Positions 9,702-19,339 of a DNA stretch of 64,000 nt are shown here, one piece after another. Source of the stretch: Candidatus Sericytochromatia bacterium (GTDB lineage Bacteria > Cyanobacteriota > Sericytochromatia > S15B-MN24 > UBA4093); contig JAKFCT010000047.1 of the NCBI GenBank assembly GCA_036676495.1, positions 43,879-107,878 of the forward strand, written 5' to 3'. The position numbers and the translations under genes were made by a program. A model generated the notes under the pieces. It had not been told where the DNA came from. It worked only from the letters and a program-made list of their open reading frames with translations, and made no database searches. Position 1 is the stretch's first letter. Each line of letters opens with the position of its first letter.

Positions 9702-10400
9702 TTGAGAGACATCCACGATCGCGCGCAACTGGATCGCCACCTCCGGGCGTATGGCCTCGAGGCCCTCTTCCCCGAGGCCTTGCAGCCGTATCTCTCGCTC
9801 GTCGAGTTCGAGCCCGGGGATCTCATCTGCACCCAGGGCGCGCCCGCCGAGACCCTGTACCTCCTGGTCAAGGGCAAGGTGAAGGTGTATACCACCTCGG
9901 CGGAGGGCAAGTCGCTGATCCTCTCGTTCAAGAGGCCGCTCGACCTGTTCGGGGACATCGAGCACGTCCATCGGGCGACCATCCTCAACACGGTCGAGGC
10001 CGTGTCGCCCGTCTCGATGATCGCGGTGCATGACCGCTGGCTGAGGGCCCACGCGAGCGACCACGCGCCGTTGCTGCAGTTCATGCTGGAGACCATGGCC
10101 GGGAAGTTCTACCAGATGGCCAACGCCATGAGCTTCAACCTGATGCACCCCGTGGAGGTGCGCCTCGCGAGCTACCTGCTCTCCGTCTCGTTCGACGAGG
10201 TCGACTCCCCGCTCGGCGAGGCGAAGGGCGCCATCCCCTTGACCGACACGGCGAACCTGATCGGCACCAGCTACCGCCACCTGAACCGGGTCATCCGCCA
10301 GTTCTGCGCCGAGGACTTGATCGCGCGCCATCGCGGGGGGATCCGGATCAAGGACCGCGAGCGGTTGAGCGCGTTGGCCGGCCGCAACATCTACGAGTAG
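9702..10400 (+). CDS. Crp/Fnr family transcriptional regulator
   Basis: cNMP-like domain (LYLLVKGKVKVY, LFGDIE) and C-terminal HTH ANLIGTSYRHLNRVI. Confidence 0.9.
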   Translation: MRDIHDRAQLDRHLRAYGLEALFPEALQPYLSLVEFEPGDLICTQGAPAETLYLLVKGKVKVYTTSAEGKSLILSFKRPLDLFGDIEHVHRATILNTVEAVSPVSMIAVHDRWLRAHASDHAPLLQFMLETMAGKFYQMANAMSFNLMHPVEVRLASYLLSVSFDEVDSPLGEAKGAIPLTDTANLIGTSYRHLNRVIRQFCAEDLIARHRGGIRIKDRERLSALAGRNIYE

Positions 10401-10435
10401 CGTCATGCCGTCGCGCGTGATCGCATAAGGAGGGA

Positions 10436-10918
10436 ATGGGAATGGTATCGGGCCTCTTGTCGGCCCTCGTGGGCGGGGCGTTGGTCGCGCTGCAGAGTAT
10501 CTTCAACAGCAAGGTGAACGAGCACGTCAACGTCTGGGCCACCACGGCCTGGGTCCTGGGCCTGGGGGCCCTGGCGTCGCTGGCGCTCGGGCTGTTCATG
10601 GAAGGAGCCTCCCTGTTCACCCTGCGGGCCATGCAGCCCTGGTACTGGGGCAGCGGCATCCTCGGCATCGGGGTGACCATCGGCATGGTGCAGGGCATCC
10701 GGCGGCTCGGCCCCTCGTTCGCCGTCTCGATCGTGCTGGCCTCCCAGCTCGCGTTCGCCTCGTTCTGGGATGCCATGGGCTGGTTGGGCGTGGCGCAAAC
10801 CCCGCTATCGCCCAAGCGGCTGCTCGGGGTGCTGGTCATCACCGCTGGCGTGCTCGTCTTCAAGCTGGGCGGCGGGCGCGCCCCCGGGACGGCACCCGAG
10901 CCTGCCGGCGTCCGCTGA
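10436..10918 (+). CDS. DMT family transporter (YdcZ/DUF606-like)
   Basis: ALQSIFNSK, PWYWGSGILG, SQL....WDAMGWLG; paralog of 9227-9652. Confidence 0.85.
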   Translation: MGMVSGLLSALVGGALVALQSIFNSKVNEHVNVWATTAWVLGLGALASLALGLFMEGASLFTLRAMQPWYWGSGILGIGVTIGMVQGIRRLGPSFAVSIVLASQLAFASFWDAMGWLGVAQTPLSPKRLLGVLVITAGVLVFKLGGGRAPGTAPEPAGVR

Positions 10919-10978
10919 CGCCGCGCGCCCGGAGACCCCCATGAGACGACGTTCGACTTCTGCCCTGGAGAATGCCGC

Positions 10979-11701
10979 GTGAAACGTTACCGCAACTTGC
11001 TTTTTGACGTGGATGACACGCTGCTGGATTTCGGTGCGGCCGAGCGCCATGCCTTGCGCTTGCTGTTCGAGGAGCACGCGTTTCCCTTCACCCCGGAGAC
11101 CGAAGCCGCCTATCGGCGCATCAACCAGGAGCTCTGGCTTTCCTTCGAACGAGGGGCCATCTCGCGGGACGAGGTGCTGCACAGCCGCCACACGCGCCTT
11201 TTCGCGGAGTTCGGTCGCGAGGTCGACGGCGCGAAGCTGGACCGGATCTTCAGCCGTCACCTCGAAGCGGGACACCAGCTCGTGAACGGGGCGTTCGAGT
11301 TGATCGTCAGCCTGCAGGACGACTACGGCCTGTACCTCGTCACCAACGGCGTCTCCCGGATTCAGGACCAGCGCCTCCGGGGATCGGGCCTGCATCCGCT
11401 GTTCAAGGGCATCTTCGTGTCGGAGGACACGGGGTACCAAAAGCCGATGAAGCAGTATTTCGACTATGTCTTCGCCCGCATTCCGGGATTCTCGGCCCGC
11501 GAAACCCTGATCATCGGGGACTCGCTGAGCGCGGACATTCAGGGCGGTCACGGCGCGGGCCTGGACACCTGCTGGTTCAACCCCGGAGCGAAGCCCCATG
11601 GCCATGGCGTGACGCCCACCTACGAGATCCGGCGGCTCGACGACCTGCATCGGATTCTGAGATCGGCCCCTCCGCGCCAAACGACAAGCGGTCGCGCGTG
11701 A
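10979..11701 (+). CDS. YjjG-family HAD nucleotidase
   Basis: FDVDDTLLDF, LVTNG, GYQKP, IIGDSLSADIQGG. Confidence 0.9.
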   Translation: MKRYRNLLFDVDDTLLDFGAAERHALRLLFEEHAFPFTPETEAAYRRINQELWLSFERGAISRDEVLHSRHTRLFAEFGREVDGAKLDRIFSRHLEAGHQLVNGAFELIVSLQDDYGLYLVTNGVSRIQDQRLRGSGLHPLFKGIFVSEDTGYQKPMKQYFDYVFARIPGFSARETLIIGDSLSADIQGGHGAGLDTCWFNPGAKPHGHGVTPTYEIRRLDDLHRILRSAPPRQTTSGRA

Positions 11702-11758
11702 GCAACCTCGGCCCGTGACAGGCCCCGGATTCGCCGGATCAGGAACGGCCGCCCCCTC

Positions 11759-11820
11759 ACGTTCAAGTCTCCCCGCGCCGTGAGGCGCTTTCACGAGGCT
11801 CAACATCTCGAGTGGCCATT
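11759..11820. repeat. Degenerate att-like site D: partial ychF core plus conserved arm motif
   Basis: ACGTTCAAG (8/9 identical to ACGTTGAAG), then GCTCAA-CAT-CTCGAG-T-GGCCATT at the same +39 offset as in sites B and C. Confidence 0.55.
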
Positions 11821-11953
11821 GCCACGTCGAAAGGGAGCACCCTCTTGTTCCGTTTGGCCGTAATTCTTGCTCGCTTGCTTCTAGGTCAGGAGACGCTCCG
11901 ATTTGTAAGCTGTCGCCGTGACACAAAAACCCACCATCGACACGGAGACAAGC

Positions 11954-13627
11954 ATGAAAAATTTTCACCTGCTCCTCGCAACCACGGTAGCCACCACCCT
12001 CTTGGGGTGCCAGCAACTGGCACATCCCCCCATGACCTCCCCCATCTCCTCGGAGGGCCCTGACGGCAAGACAGGCTTCAACCTGCAGAGCACCGCAACG
12101 CAAGCAGGGGACATCGCGTGGAACCACCCGTTCGGAACAACTGCCCAAGACGAGGCCTTCGGGCTATCCGCCGCTGCCAACTTCCTGACGGTCGTCGGGC
12201 GCACGTACGGTACCTTTCCCGGACAAAATGCCTCGGGGGGTAGCGATGCTTACGCCCGAAAATACGACGACAACGGGAACGAGGTTTGGACCCGACAGTT
12301 CGGATCGACGTCCGATGATCGAGCCAATGGCGTCGTGACGGATGCCAGCGGGAACAGCTACGTGGTGGGAAGCGCCAACGCGGCATTACCCGGACAAACT
12401 CCCGTCGGGGGGAGCGACGCCTACGTCCGAAAATACGATATCAACGGCAACGAGGTTTGGACCCGACAATTTGGCACGCTCGATTTTGATGACGGCCTGA
12501 GCATCGCCCTCGACGATACCAACCATCTTTATGTCGTTGGACAGACGTTCGGGACTTTGCCTGGGCAAACGAAGTTCGGACTCTTCAGTGCCGATGCGTA
12601 CATTCGAAAATACGATGGCAATGGAAACGAAGTTTGGACCCGACAGTTCGGAACGGGCGGCTCCGAGGTCGCGTTTTCCGTAACCGTGGATAGCGGCAGC
12701 GTCTACGTTGCAGGAACCGTGAGCGGGGTCTTTCTTCCGGAGAGCAATTCGGGAGGGTTTGATGCCTTTGTCAGGAAGTATGACGCGAACGGCAATGCGC
12801 TCTGGACCCGGCAGTTCGGTTCTTCCGCTATGGACCAAGTGAGCGGTGTTGCAGCCGACGCGACCGGCGTGTACCTCGCAGGCGTCACCGATGGAATCTT
12901 GCCGGGGCAAAGTAGCTCAGGCGCTCAGGATGCCTTTGTAAGACGGTACGACGCAAGTGGCAACGAGGTTTGGACCCGGCAGTTCGGTTCTTCCTCCATG
13001 GACCGAGCAAACGGTATTGCCGTCGATGCCTCCGGCGTGTACCTCGCAGGCGTTGCAGGCAGCGCGTTACCCGGGCAAACGAGCTCAGGGGGGAACGATG
13101 CCTATGTACGAAAATATGATGTCGCCGGGAATGAGCGGTGGACCCGACAGTTTGGCACCGCATCTTTCGATGTGGCTGAAGGTATTGCCGTCCTGGCTTC
13201 AGGGATCTATGTCGCAGGAACCACCAGCGGACCAGGCGGGTTCGACGCCTTTGTCGCGAAGCTACTCAAGGAAGCGGCGATAGTCGAGGCCGTGATCGAC
13301 ATCAAGCCCGGGACCTTCCCCAATAGCCTCAATCTTAAATCTAACGGCAGCGAGCCTGTCGCCATCATGGGCAGTGGCGACGTCGACGCCTCCCAAATCA
13401 ACCTTTCGTCGGTTTCCCTGGCGGGGGCCGCCATATCCCGAAAGAAGAACGGAGCTTTCCATGTGTCTTTGCTGGATATCAATGGCGATGGCCGCCTCGA
13501 TCTCTTGGCCCAATTTCCCACGAAGGACTTGCAGCTCTCCCCGATGGATACCGCGGCCACGCTCGAAGGTCAATTCAACGATGGCACCGCGTTCGAAGGC
13601 ACTGATTCCGTCCGGATCGTGAACTAG
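11954..13627 (+). CDS. SBBP-repeat beta-propeller lipoprotein with C-terminal DIKPG-type domain
   Basis: Lipobox-like TLLGC; six ~52-aa repeats DAY(V)RKYDxxGNEVWTRQFG; C-terminal IDIKPG..PNSLN and DINGDGRLD. Confidence 0.8.
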   Translation: MKNFHLLLATTVATTLLGCQQLAHPPMTSPISSEGPDGKTGFNLQSTATQAGDIAWNHPFGTTAQDEAFGLSAAANFLTVVGRTYGTFPGQNASGGSDAYARKYDDNGNEVWTRQFGSTSDDRANGVVTDASGNSYVVGSANAALPGQTPVGGSDAYVRKYDINGNEVWTRQFGTLDFDDGLSIALDDTNHLYVVGQTFGTLPGQTKFGLFSADAYIRKYDGNGNEVWTRQFGTGGSEVAFSVTVDSGSVYVAGTVSGVFLPESNSGGFDAFVRKYDANGNALWTRQFGSSAMDQVSGVAADATGVYLAGVTDGILPGQSSSGAQDAFVRRYDASGNEVWTRQFGSSSMDRANGIAVDASGVYLAGVAGSALPGQTSSGGNDAYVRKYDVAGNERWTRQFGTASFDVAEGIAVLASGIYVAGTTSGPGGFDAFVAKLLKEAAIVEAVIDIKPGTFPNSLNLKSNGSEPVAIMGSGDVDASQINLSSVSLAGAAISRKKNGAFHVSLLDINGDGRLDLLAQFPTKDLQLSPMDTAATLEGQFNDGTAFEGTDSVRIVN

Positions 13628-13651
13628 ACGCAGCGATCGCGCCAGACAGCA

Positions 13652-13680
13652 AGAAGCCCAGGAACTCACCCTGGGCTTCT
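13652..13680 (+). terminator. Stem-loop terminator candidate
   Basis: AGAAGCCCAGG...CCTGGGCTTCT, 11-bp stem after the SBBP gene. Confidence 0.6.
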
Positions 13681-13921
13681 CGTTAAGGAACGCGCGATAA
13701 GCTGATTGCTTCTGGCACAGCCCTTCGCCAGGGGAGCGGCCTTCTCCAGGCTATCGCAACTGGCCGAAAAACCCTTGACCCATGACCGAGGCCACTTCTC
13801 GAAATCCCCCCTATCATCGAGGCGATTGCCTCCCGAGCCGCGGGGCCTCTCGGATGGGAGGTCGGGCTATGGGCGGACGCTCGAGGCGCGAGCCCCAGCG
13901 GGCATGTGCGAGGGCCGTTCG

Positions 13922-14290
13922 ATGCCGGACAAGAGCAAGCAAGAGCTGGCCCTGGAGCGCACCGACCTGGCGATGGCGCGAACGTTGTTTGCCAAGCAGC
14001 GGACCTTCGCGGCGTGGGTCCGGACCGGCCTGTCCTCGATGAGCGTCGGCTTCGGCATCGTCAAGCTGCTCCCCGACGTGGAGCCCCGCTGGCTGGTCGT
14101 CACCCTGGGCTGCGTCATGATCGTCGTCGGCGGGTCCATGCAGGTCCTCGGCTTCGGCGGCTACTACCGCGCGCACATGCGCCTCGAGGCCGCCGGCACC
14201 CGGGGCCCGCGTCTCTGGATGCTGGCCATGATCGCCGGCGGCATGCTGCTTTGCGCGATCATCATGCTCGTGCTGGTCGCGCTGGCATGA
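13922..14290 (+). CDS. YidH/DUF202 membrane protein
   Basis: LALERTDLA..RT..A.QRTFAAWVRTGL plus three TM segments. Confidence 0.85.
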   Translation: MPDKSKQELALERTDLAMARTLFAKQRTFAAWVRTGLSSMSVGFGIVKLLPDVEPRWLVVTLGCVMIVVGGSMQVLGFGGYYRAHMRLEAAGTRGPRLWMLAMIAGGMLLCAIIMLVLVALA

Positions 14291-15171
14291 GCGCGCTGCT
14301 CGGCGCCCTCGCGCAGGTCTCGATCCTGGTCTTCGCGGTCGCCAGCATGCTGACGGTCGGCCTCAGCTACACGATCGCCCAGATCCTCGCGCCCCTGAGA
14401 GACGGCCGCGCCGTCCTGCGCACCCTGCTCGCCAACTTCGTCCTCGTGCCCCTCCTGGCCTATGTCCTCGTCCGGGCGCTCGCGCTCCCCGCGGGCGAGG
14501 CGATGGGGCTGATGCTGCTCGCGACGGCAGGGGGGGCGCCCTTCATGATCACGCTGACGGCGATCGCGGGGGGCAACATCGGGATGGCGGCGGGGCTGCT
14601 GGTCTTGCTGATCGTCGCGACCATGGCGATCATGCCGATCATCGTGCCGCTGCTCACGCCCGACGTCGCGGTGGATGCCATGGCGATCGCCCTCCCCCTC
14701 GTCCTGTCGATGCTGCTGCCCCTCGTCACCGGGCTGATCCTCGACTCGCGGCACCCGCGCCTGGCCGAGCGCTTGCGTCCCGTCACGAACACGCTCTCGA
14801 ACCTGGCGCTGATCGCGCTGGTCGCCTCCTTGGTGGCACTCCACCTGAACGCGATCCTGCCCCTCCTCACCGTGAAAAGCGTACTCGCCACGCTGGCCTT
14901 TCCCCTCGGCGCCCTCGGCATCGGGCACCTGCTGGAGAGGCGGGGGGTCATCACGGGCGAGGTCCTCGCGATCGGCACCGCGCAGCGCAACGTCGCGGCC
15001 GCCTTGGTGGTCGCCACCCAGAACTTCGACGATCGCGCGATCACCCTCATGATCATCTTCGTCGAGATCGTCACGTTGGCCCTGCTCTTCTCGTTCGCAT
15101 GGCTGATGCGCAAGCGAAGGCCGCCCGCCAAGACGGCGGCCCATGATCACGGCGCGCCCGGCGCGTCCTGA
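14287..15171 (+). CDS. Bile acid:sodium symporter (BASS) family transporter
   Basis: SML.VGL, LLANFVLVP, GGAPF, GTAQRNVAAAL; ATGA overlap with the upstream gene. Confidence 0.82.
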   Translation: MSALLGALAQVSILVFAVASMLTVGLSYTIAQILAPLRDGRAVLRTLLANFVLVPLLAYVLVRALALPAGEAMGLMLLATAGGAPFMITLTAIAGGNIGMAAGLLVLLIVATMAIMPIIVPLLTPDVAVDAMAIALPLVLSMLLPLVTGLILDSRHPRLAERLRPVTNTLSNLALIALVASLVALHLNAILPLLTVKSVLATLAFPLGALGIGHLLERRGVITGEVLAIGTAQRNVAAALVVATQNFDDRAITLMIIFVEIVTLALLFSFAWLMRKRRPPAKTAAHDHGAPGAS

Positions 15172-15186
15172 TCGGCTAGTAAAGGA

Positions 15187-16920
15187 GTGACCATGCCTCC
15201 GAACCTCCTGGTCCTGTGCGTCGATCAGTGGCAGCGCCACATGAAGTGGCCCCCCGGCTTTCGCTTACCGGCCGTCGAGCGCCTCGAGGCGCAAGGCGTC
15301 TCCTTCGATCGCTACTACTGCAACGTCCAGATCTGCACGCCCGCGCGGGCGACGATGTGGACGGGCCTCCATGCCAAGCAGGTCGGCCTCTGGGACAACA
15401 CCAACTTCGCCTGGATCCAGGAGCTGTCCCCCGAGATCGTGACCGTCGGGGACATGCTGCGCGAACAAGGCTACTACACCGCCTTCAAGGGGAAGTGGCA
15501 CCTCTCGAACCTGCCGCTCGACGAAAACGCGCTCGAGCCTTACGGCTTCTCGGACTACCAGCAATGGGGCGAGATGTACGGCAAGCCGCTGGAAGGGGAA
15601 CTCGCGGACGATACGGCCGCCTTCGAGACCATCGACTGGCTGGAGCACCGGGGCGCCCGGCTGAAAAAGCCTTGGATGCTCGTCTGCAGCCTGCTCAACC
15701 CCCACGACATCATGTTCCTCCAGTCGGATCCGCTCGAGACGCCGCACCCGAACGGGATGATCCACGGCATGCAGTCCCGCGTCCAGCAACTCGGGTGGTT
15801 CCAGAAGGACTGGGAGGTCGATTTGCCGGAGAATTTCGACGACGACCTCAGCCGCCAGCCCTATGGCGTCAGACACTTCAAGGAGTTCGTCGACCTCAAC
15901 TACGGGCGGATCCCCGATGAAAGGCCCGATCTCTGGCGGGTACGCCGGAACTACCTCCTCAACTCCATGCGGCTCGTCGATCGCGAGTTTCAGCGGATCC
16001 TGGAGACGCTCGATCGCCTCGACATGTGGAAGGACACAATCGTGATCCTGACGGGCGATCACGGCGAGATGAACGGCGCGCACCGGATGGCCCAGAAGGG
16101 CGCCATCACGTTCGACGAGGCCGGCATCGTCAACCTGACCGTCTGCGTTCCCGGCGGACCGCAGGGCCGGCGCACGGCCGCCGTCGGCTCGCACCTCGAT
16201 CTCGTCCCGACCCTGCTCGCCTTCGCGGGCATGACCCCGGAGGCGATCGCCGCACGCTACCCCCAGCTGAAAGGGCGCAGCCTGAAGGACGTGATCCTGA
16301 ACCCCGACCTCGACGGCCCGCACGGTAGCACCAAGCGGCCGGGCGACGGCGTGCTGCTGGGCTGGGAAGGCCTGCACCAGCTCGACAACGACTGGGCCAT
16401 CTCCGGCGCGCTGTGGGCCCTCACGGACCTGTCCCTGGTCGGACGCGACGAAACGCCGGAGGCGCTCCAAGCACGCCTGCGGGCCGCGGGCGAGCGGTAC
16501 GGCGCGCCTGACTTCAGCCGGCGAACCTTCTTCCGGGCCGTCATGGACGGTCGCTACAAGTTCGTGCGCTGGTTCAGCCCCCAGGAGTACACCCTGCCGA
16601 CCAGCATCGAGGCCTTGTACGCCACGAGCGACGTGGCCCTCTACGACCTCGCGGAGGATCCCGGTGAGCTGGAAAACCTGGGAGATCCCCGCCATTCCCG
16701 GCACGATCCGGAGCGCGTCACCCGCATGCTCGCCAAGCTGAACGCGCTGATCCGGCAAGAACTGGGGGAGGACCAAGCGCCGTTCGACCTCGATCTCTTC
16801 GGCACGCGCGAGGTGAAGTACCGCCAGCCGGACTCCTCGCTCCGGGTCTCCTGGGCTCCGCCGCAACCCGAACCCAGCCGCCACGAGGGGCGCCCCCCGC
16901 ATGAAAGGGCGGACGAATGA
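15187..16920 (+). CDS. Sulfatase-like hydrolase (Cys-type)
   Basis: CTPARATMWTG (CxPxR), GYYTAFKGKWHL, NPHD, GDHGEM. Confidence 0.9.
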   Translation: MTMPPNLLVLCVDQWQRHMKWPPGFRLPAVERLEAQGVSFDRYYCNVQICTPARATMWTGLHAKQVGLWDNTNFAWIQELSPEIVTVGDMLREQGYYTAFKGKWHLSNLPLDENALEPYGFSDYQQWGEMYGKPLEGELADDTAAFETIDWLEHRGARLKKPWMLVCSLLNPHDIMFLQSDPLETPHPNGMIHGMQSRVQQLGWFQKDWEVDLPENFDDDLSRQPYGVRHFKEFVDLNYGRIPDERPDLWRVRRNYLLNSMRLVDREFQRILETLDRLDMWKDTIVILTGDHGEMNGAHRMAQKGAITFDEAGIVNLTVCVPGGPQGRRTAAVGSHLDLVPTLLAFAGMTPEAIAARYPQLKGRSLKDVILNPDLDGPHGSTKRPGDGVLLGWEGLHQLDNDWAISGALWALTDLSLVGRDETPEALQARLRAAGERYGAPDFSRRTFFRAVMDGRYKFVRWFSPQEYTLPTSIEALYATSDVALYDLAEDPGELENLGDPRHSRHDPERVTRMLAKLNALIRQELGEDQAPFDLDLFGTREVKYRQPDSSLRVSWAPPQPEPSRHEGRPPHERADE

Positions 16921-16964
16921 GCACGGGAACCGCGGGGAGGGGCCGGCGGCGATCGCCCACCCGC

Positions 16965-16993
16965 TTGACGCCAAACACTGTTCGGCTTATAGT
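16965..16993 (+). promoter_or_regulatory. Sigma70-type promoter with TetR operator in its spacer
   Basis: TTGACG-17 bp-TATAGT; the spacer contains CCAAACACTGTTCGG. Confidence 0.8.
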
Positions 16994-17000
16994 CTGGAGT

Positions 17001-17606
17001 ATGGCAAACGAAGCACCGCGCGATCGAAAGCGCCACCGCAGCCGCTCCCACATCCTGGCCGCGGCGCGCGAACTCATCCTGGAGAAGGGGGCCGAGGCCC
17101 TCTCCTTGCGGGAGGTGGCGGCGCGCGCCGGCTACAGCCCCGCCAGCCTCTACGAGTATTTCGACGGCAAGGACGACCTCGTCGCGACCCTGGTCGCCGA
17201 GTCCCATGCGCGTCTCAATGCCCGCATGCGCGCCCTCCCCACGGCGCTTCCGCCCCCCCGACGGCTGATTCGCCTGGGCCAGGCCTACCTGGCCTTCGCG
17301 CGCGAGAACCCCGAGGACTTCGCCCTCTTCTTCGGACGCACCCCCTCGAAACGTCAGGCCGCAGCCGACCCCGTCACGGGAAGCGCCTACGAGGTCCTTC
17401 GCGACGCGGTGGTCGCGGGCCTGGAGGACGGCACCATGAGGCCCGAAGCGGGAGGGGATGCCGAGGAAATCGCCTACGGCTTCTGGGCCCTGGCCCATGG
17501 GCTGGCGACCCTGCAACTCACGCATCTGCGGGGCTTTCAGGCGGACTTCGAGGCCGCGGACCTCCGGGCCCTGGAAACCTACGTGGCCGGCCTCATGCCG
17601 CGCTAG
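17001..17606 (+). CDS. TetR/AcrR family regulator (WHG-like C-terminus)
   Basis: ILAAARELILEKG..ALSLREVAARAGYSPASLYEYFDGKDDL; FWALAHGLATL. Confidence 0.92.
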   Translation: MANEAPRDRKRHRSRSHILAAARELILEKGAEALSLREVAARAGYSPASLYEYFDGKDDLVATLVAESHARLNARMRALPTALPPPRRLIRLGQAYLAFARENPEDFALFFGRTPSKRQAAADPVTGSAYEVLRDAVVAGLEDGTMRPEAGGDAEEIAYGFWALAHGLATLQLTHLRGFQADFEAADLRALETYVAGLMPR

Positions 17607-17631
17607 GACGGCTCTTTTTATTTACGCAAAA

Positions 17632-17646
17632 CCGAACACTGTTCGG
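17632..17646. promoter_or_regulatory. Second TetR operator, perfect palindrome
   Basis: CCGAACA-C-TGTTCGG just before the SD of the next gene; 14/15 identical to 16971-16985. Confidence 0.8.
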
Positions 17647-17659
17647 AGAAAGGACCGGT

Positions 17660-19165
17660 ATGACCCCGACCTGGTTTCGTTTCTGGTTGTTCCTGGGCGC
17701 AGGCCTGCTGATCGCCGCCCAAATGCGCTGGCCCGTCTTCCTCGCAGGCTGGCTCGCTCCGCTGCCCTTCCTGATCGCCCTGCGGCACCGCCGCACGGCT
17801 CGACAGGGCTGGGAATGGGTAGCCGTCTACATGCTCGCCTGGGTTGCGGCGACGCTCAAGATCATCACCCCGCCCCTATCCCCCTTCATGGCCTTGGGCT
17901 TCGCCCTGCCCATCGGCCTGATTCACATGCCCGCCTTCTGGCTCTGGGATCGCCTGGTCCGCAAGGGGCAGCACGCCTGGGCGATCCTGGCGTTCGCGAG
18001 CGCCACCGCGGTGCTGGAATGGCTGCAAGCGACCTTCACCCCGCTGACGTCTTGGGGAGCGAGCGCCCTCACCCAGCTGGACAACCTGCCGCTCCTGCAA
18101 CTCGCCGCACTCGGTGGCCTCCCCCTGCTGGCCCTCCTGTTGAATGCGCTCCCCGCCACGCTGGAGTGGGCCGGTTCGCGCGCCTTCGATCGGCGTAGCC
18201 GCTGGGCGCTGGCCCTGTTTGGCCTGCTGTTCCTGGTCGCCCATGGCTGGGGAACGCTGCGCCTGGCGACGCCGCTTGCCGGCCCTCAGGTGCGCGTGGC
18301 CGCCGTGGCCACTGACGCGCGCTTCTCGGGCCCGCCCTTACCCGGTGCCGCCGAGGTGAAGCAATTCGAGCGCACCCTCTTCGAGCGGACCGAAAAGGCG
18401 GCAGGAATGGGCGCGCGGCTGGTGGTCTGGCCCGAAGGCTCCACCTTGGTCCAGACTTCCCAAGAAGCCGAGTTCCTGGCTCGGGTCTCCGAACTGGCCC
18501 GCCGCCTGCATGTCGAGCTGATCGCCGCTTACGTCGTCCCGCTCTCGGATCAGCCCTTCCGGTACGAGAACAAATACCACTGGTTCGACGCCGAAGGGCG
18601 GGACCGCGAAACCTACTTCAAGCACGTGCCGGTGCCTGGCGAGCCCGCGGTGGCCGGCACGAGCCCACATAGGGCCCACCAGGCTCCATGGGGGCGCATG
18701 GCCGGGGCCATCTGCTACGACTACGACGTGCCGCCTCTCGCCCGAACGCATGCACGCCTTGGAGTGGACCTGGTCGCCCTACCCTCCTCCGACTGGGCCG
18801 GGATCGATCCGATTCACACCCAGATGGCCGGGATCCGGGCCATCGAAGGAGGCTTCTCGCTGCTTCGCTCGACCCGCTTGGGCCTCTCCGCAGGGATGGA
18901 TGCCCATGGCCGCATGCGTGCATGGATGACGGACCTTGAGCCGAACGAGGGAGTCATGCTGGCCTCCTTACCCATGCAGCGGCTGGCGACCCCCTACAGT
19001 CGCTTGGGCGATTGGGTGATCGTGCCGAGCCTCGCCGTGCTCACCCTCGTCTTCGGACGGCTCTGGACCATGCGGCGGCGCCGGTGGGGGGCACGCGTCG
19101 CGGATCTGGCCCCTGAGCGCGCCGCCCTGGAGCCCGCCCAAGGCGGACGGCGCCCATCCGTTTAG
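17660..19165 (+). CDS. Membrane-bound carbon-nitrogen hydrolase, apolipoprotein N-acyltransferase (Lnt)-like
   Basis: N-terminal TM bundle; nitrilase triad motifs VWPEG, YFKHVPVP, ICYD. Confidence 0.8.
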   Translation: MTPTWFRFWLFLGAGLLIAAQMRWPVFLAGWLAPLPFLIALRHRRTARQGWEWVAVYMLAWVAATLKIITPPLSPFMALGFALPIGLIHMPAFWLWDRLVRKGQHAWAILAFASATAVLEWLQATFTPLTSWGASALTQLDNLPLLQLAALGGLPLLALLLNALPATLEWAGSRAFDRRSRWALALFGLLFLVAHGWGTLRLATPLAGPQVRVAAVATDARFSGPPLPGAAEVKQFERTLFERTEKAAGMGARLVVWPEGSTLVQTSQEAEFLARVSELARRLHVELIAAYVVPLSDQPFRYENKYHWFDAEGRDRETYFKHVPVPGEPAVAGTSPHRAHQAPWGRMAGAICYDYDVPPLARTHARLGVDLVALPSSDWAGIDPIHTQMAGIRAIEGGFSLLRSTRLGLSAGMDAHGRMRAWMTDLEPNEGVMLASLPMQRLATPYSRLGDWVIVPSLAVLTLVFGRLWTMRRRRWGARVADLAPERAALEPAQGGRRPSV

Positions 19166-19187
19166 AAGCCCGTCACCTCAGCCCCCT

Positions 19188-19235
19188 CGAGACAGAGCCA
19201 CCGACCTTGAGTTTAGGGTCGGTGGCTCTGTCTCG
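19188..19235. terminator. 19-bp perfect stem-loop
   Basis: CGAGACAGAGCCACCGACC ... GGTCGGTGGCTCTGTCTCG. Confidence 0.6.
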
Positions 19236-19282
19236 TGCGCACGCTTGCTTCGAACTTGCCTCTTTCCCACCCATGTATTACG

Positions 19283-19300
19283 ATTCACCATATAGTGAAT
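19283..19300. promoter_or_regulatory. ArsR/SmtB-type operator
   Basis: ATTCAC-CATATA-GTGAAT inverted repeat in an AT-rich patch upstream of the methyltransferase-SmtB-ATPase genes. Confidence 0.65.
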
Positions 19301-19339
19301 TGATTGATTCGTGTCACCATGTCGAGCAGAGGTTTCTCG

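Noticed and set aside
17632-17646. LexA box
   Set aside because: Spacing is GAAC-N3-GTTC and the site is duplicated in the tetR promoter, so a TetR operator fits better.
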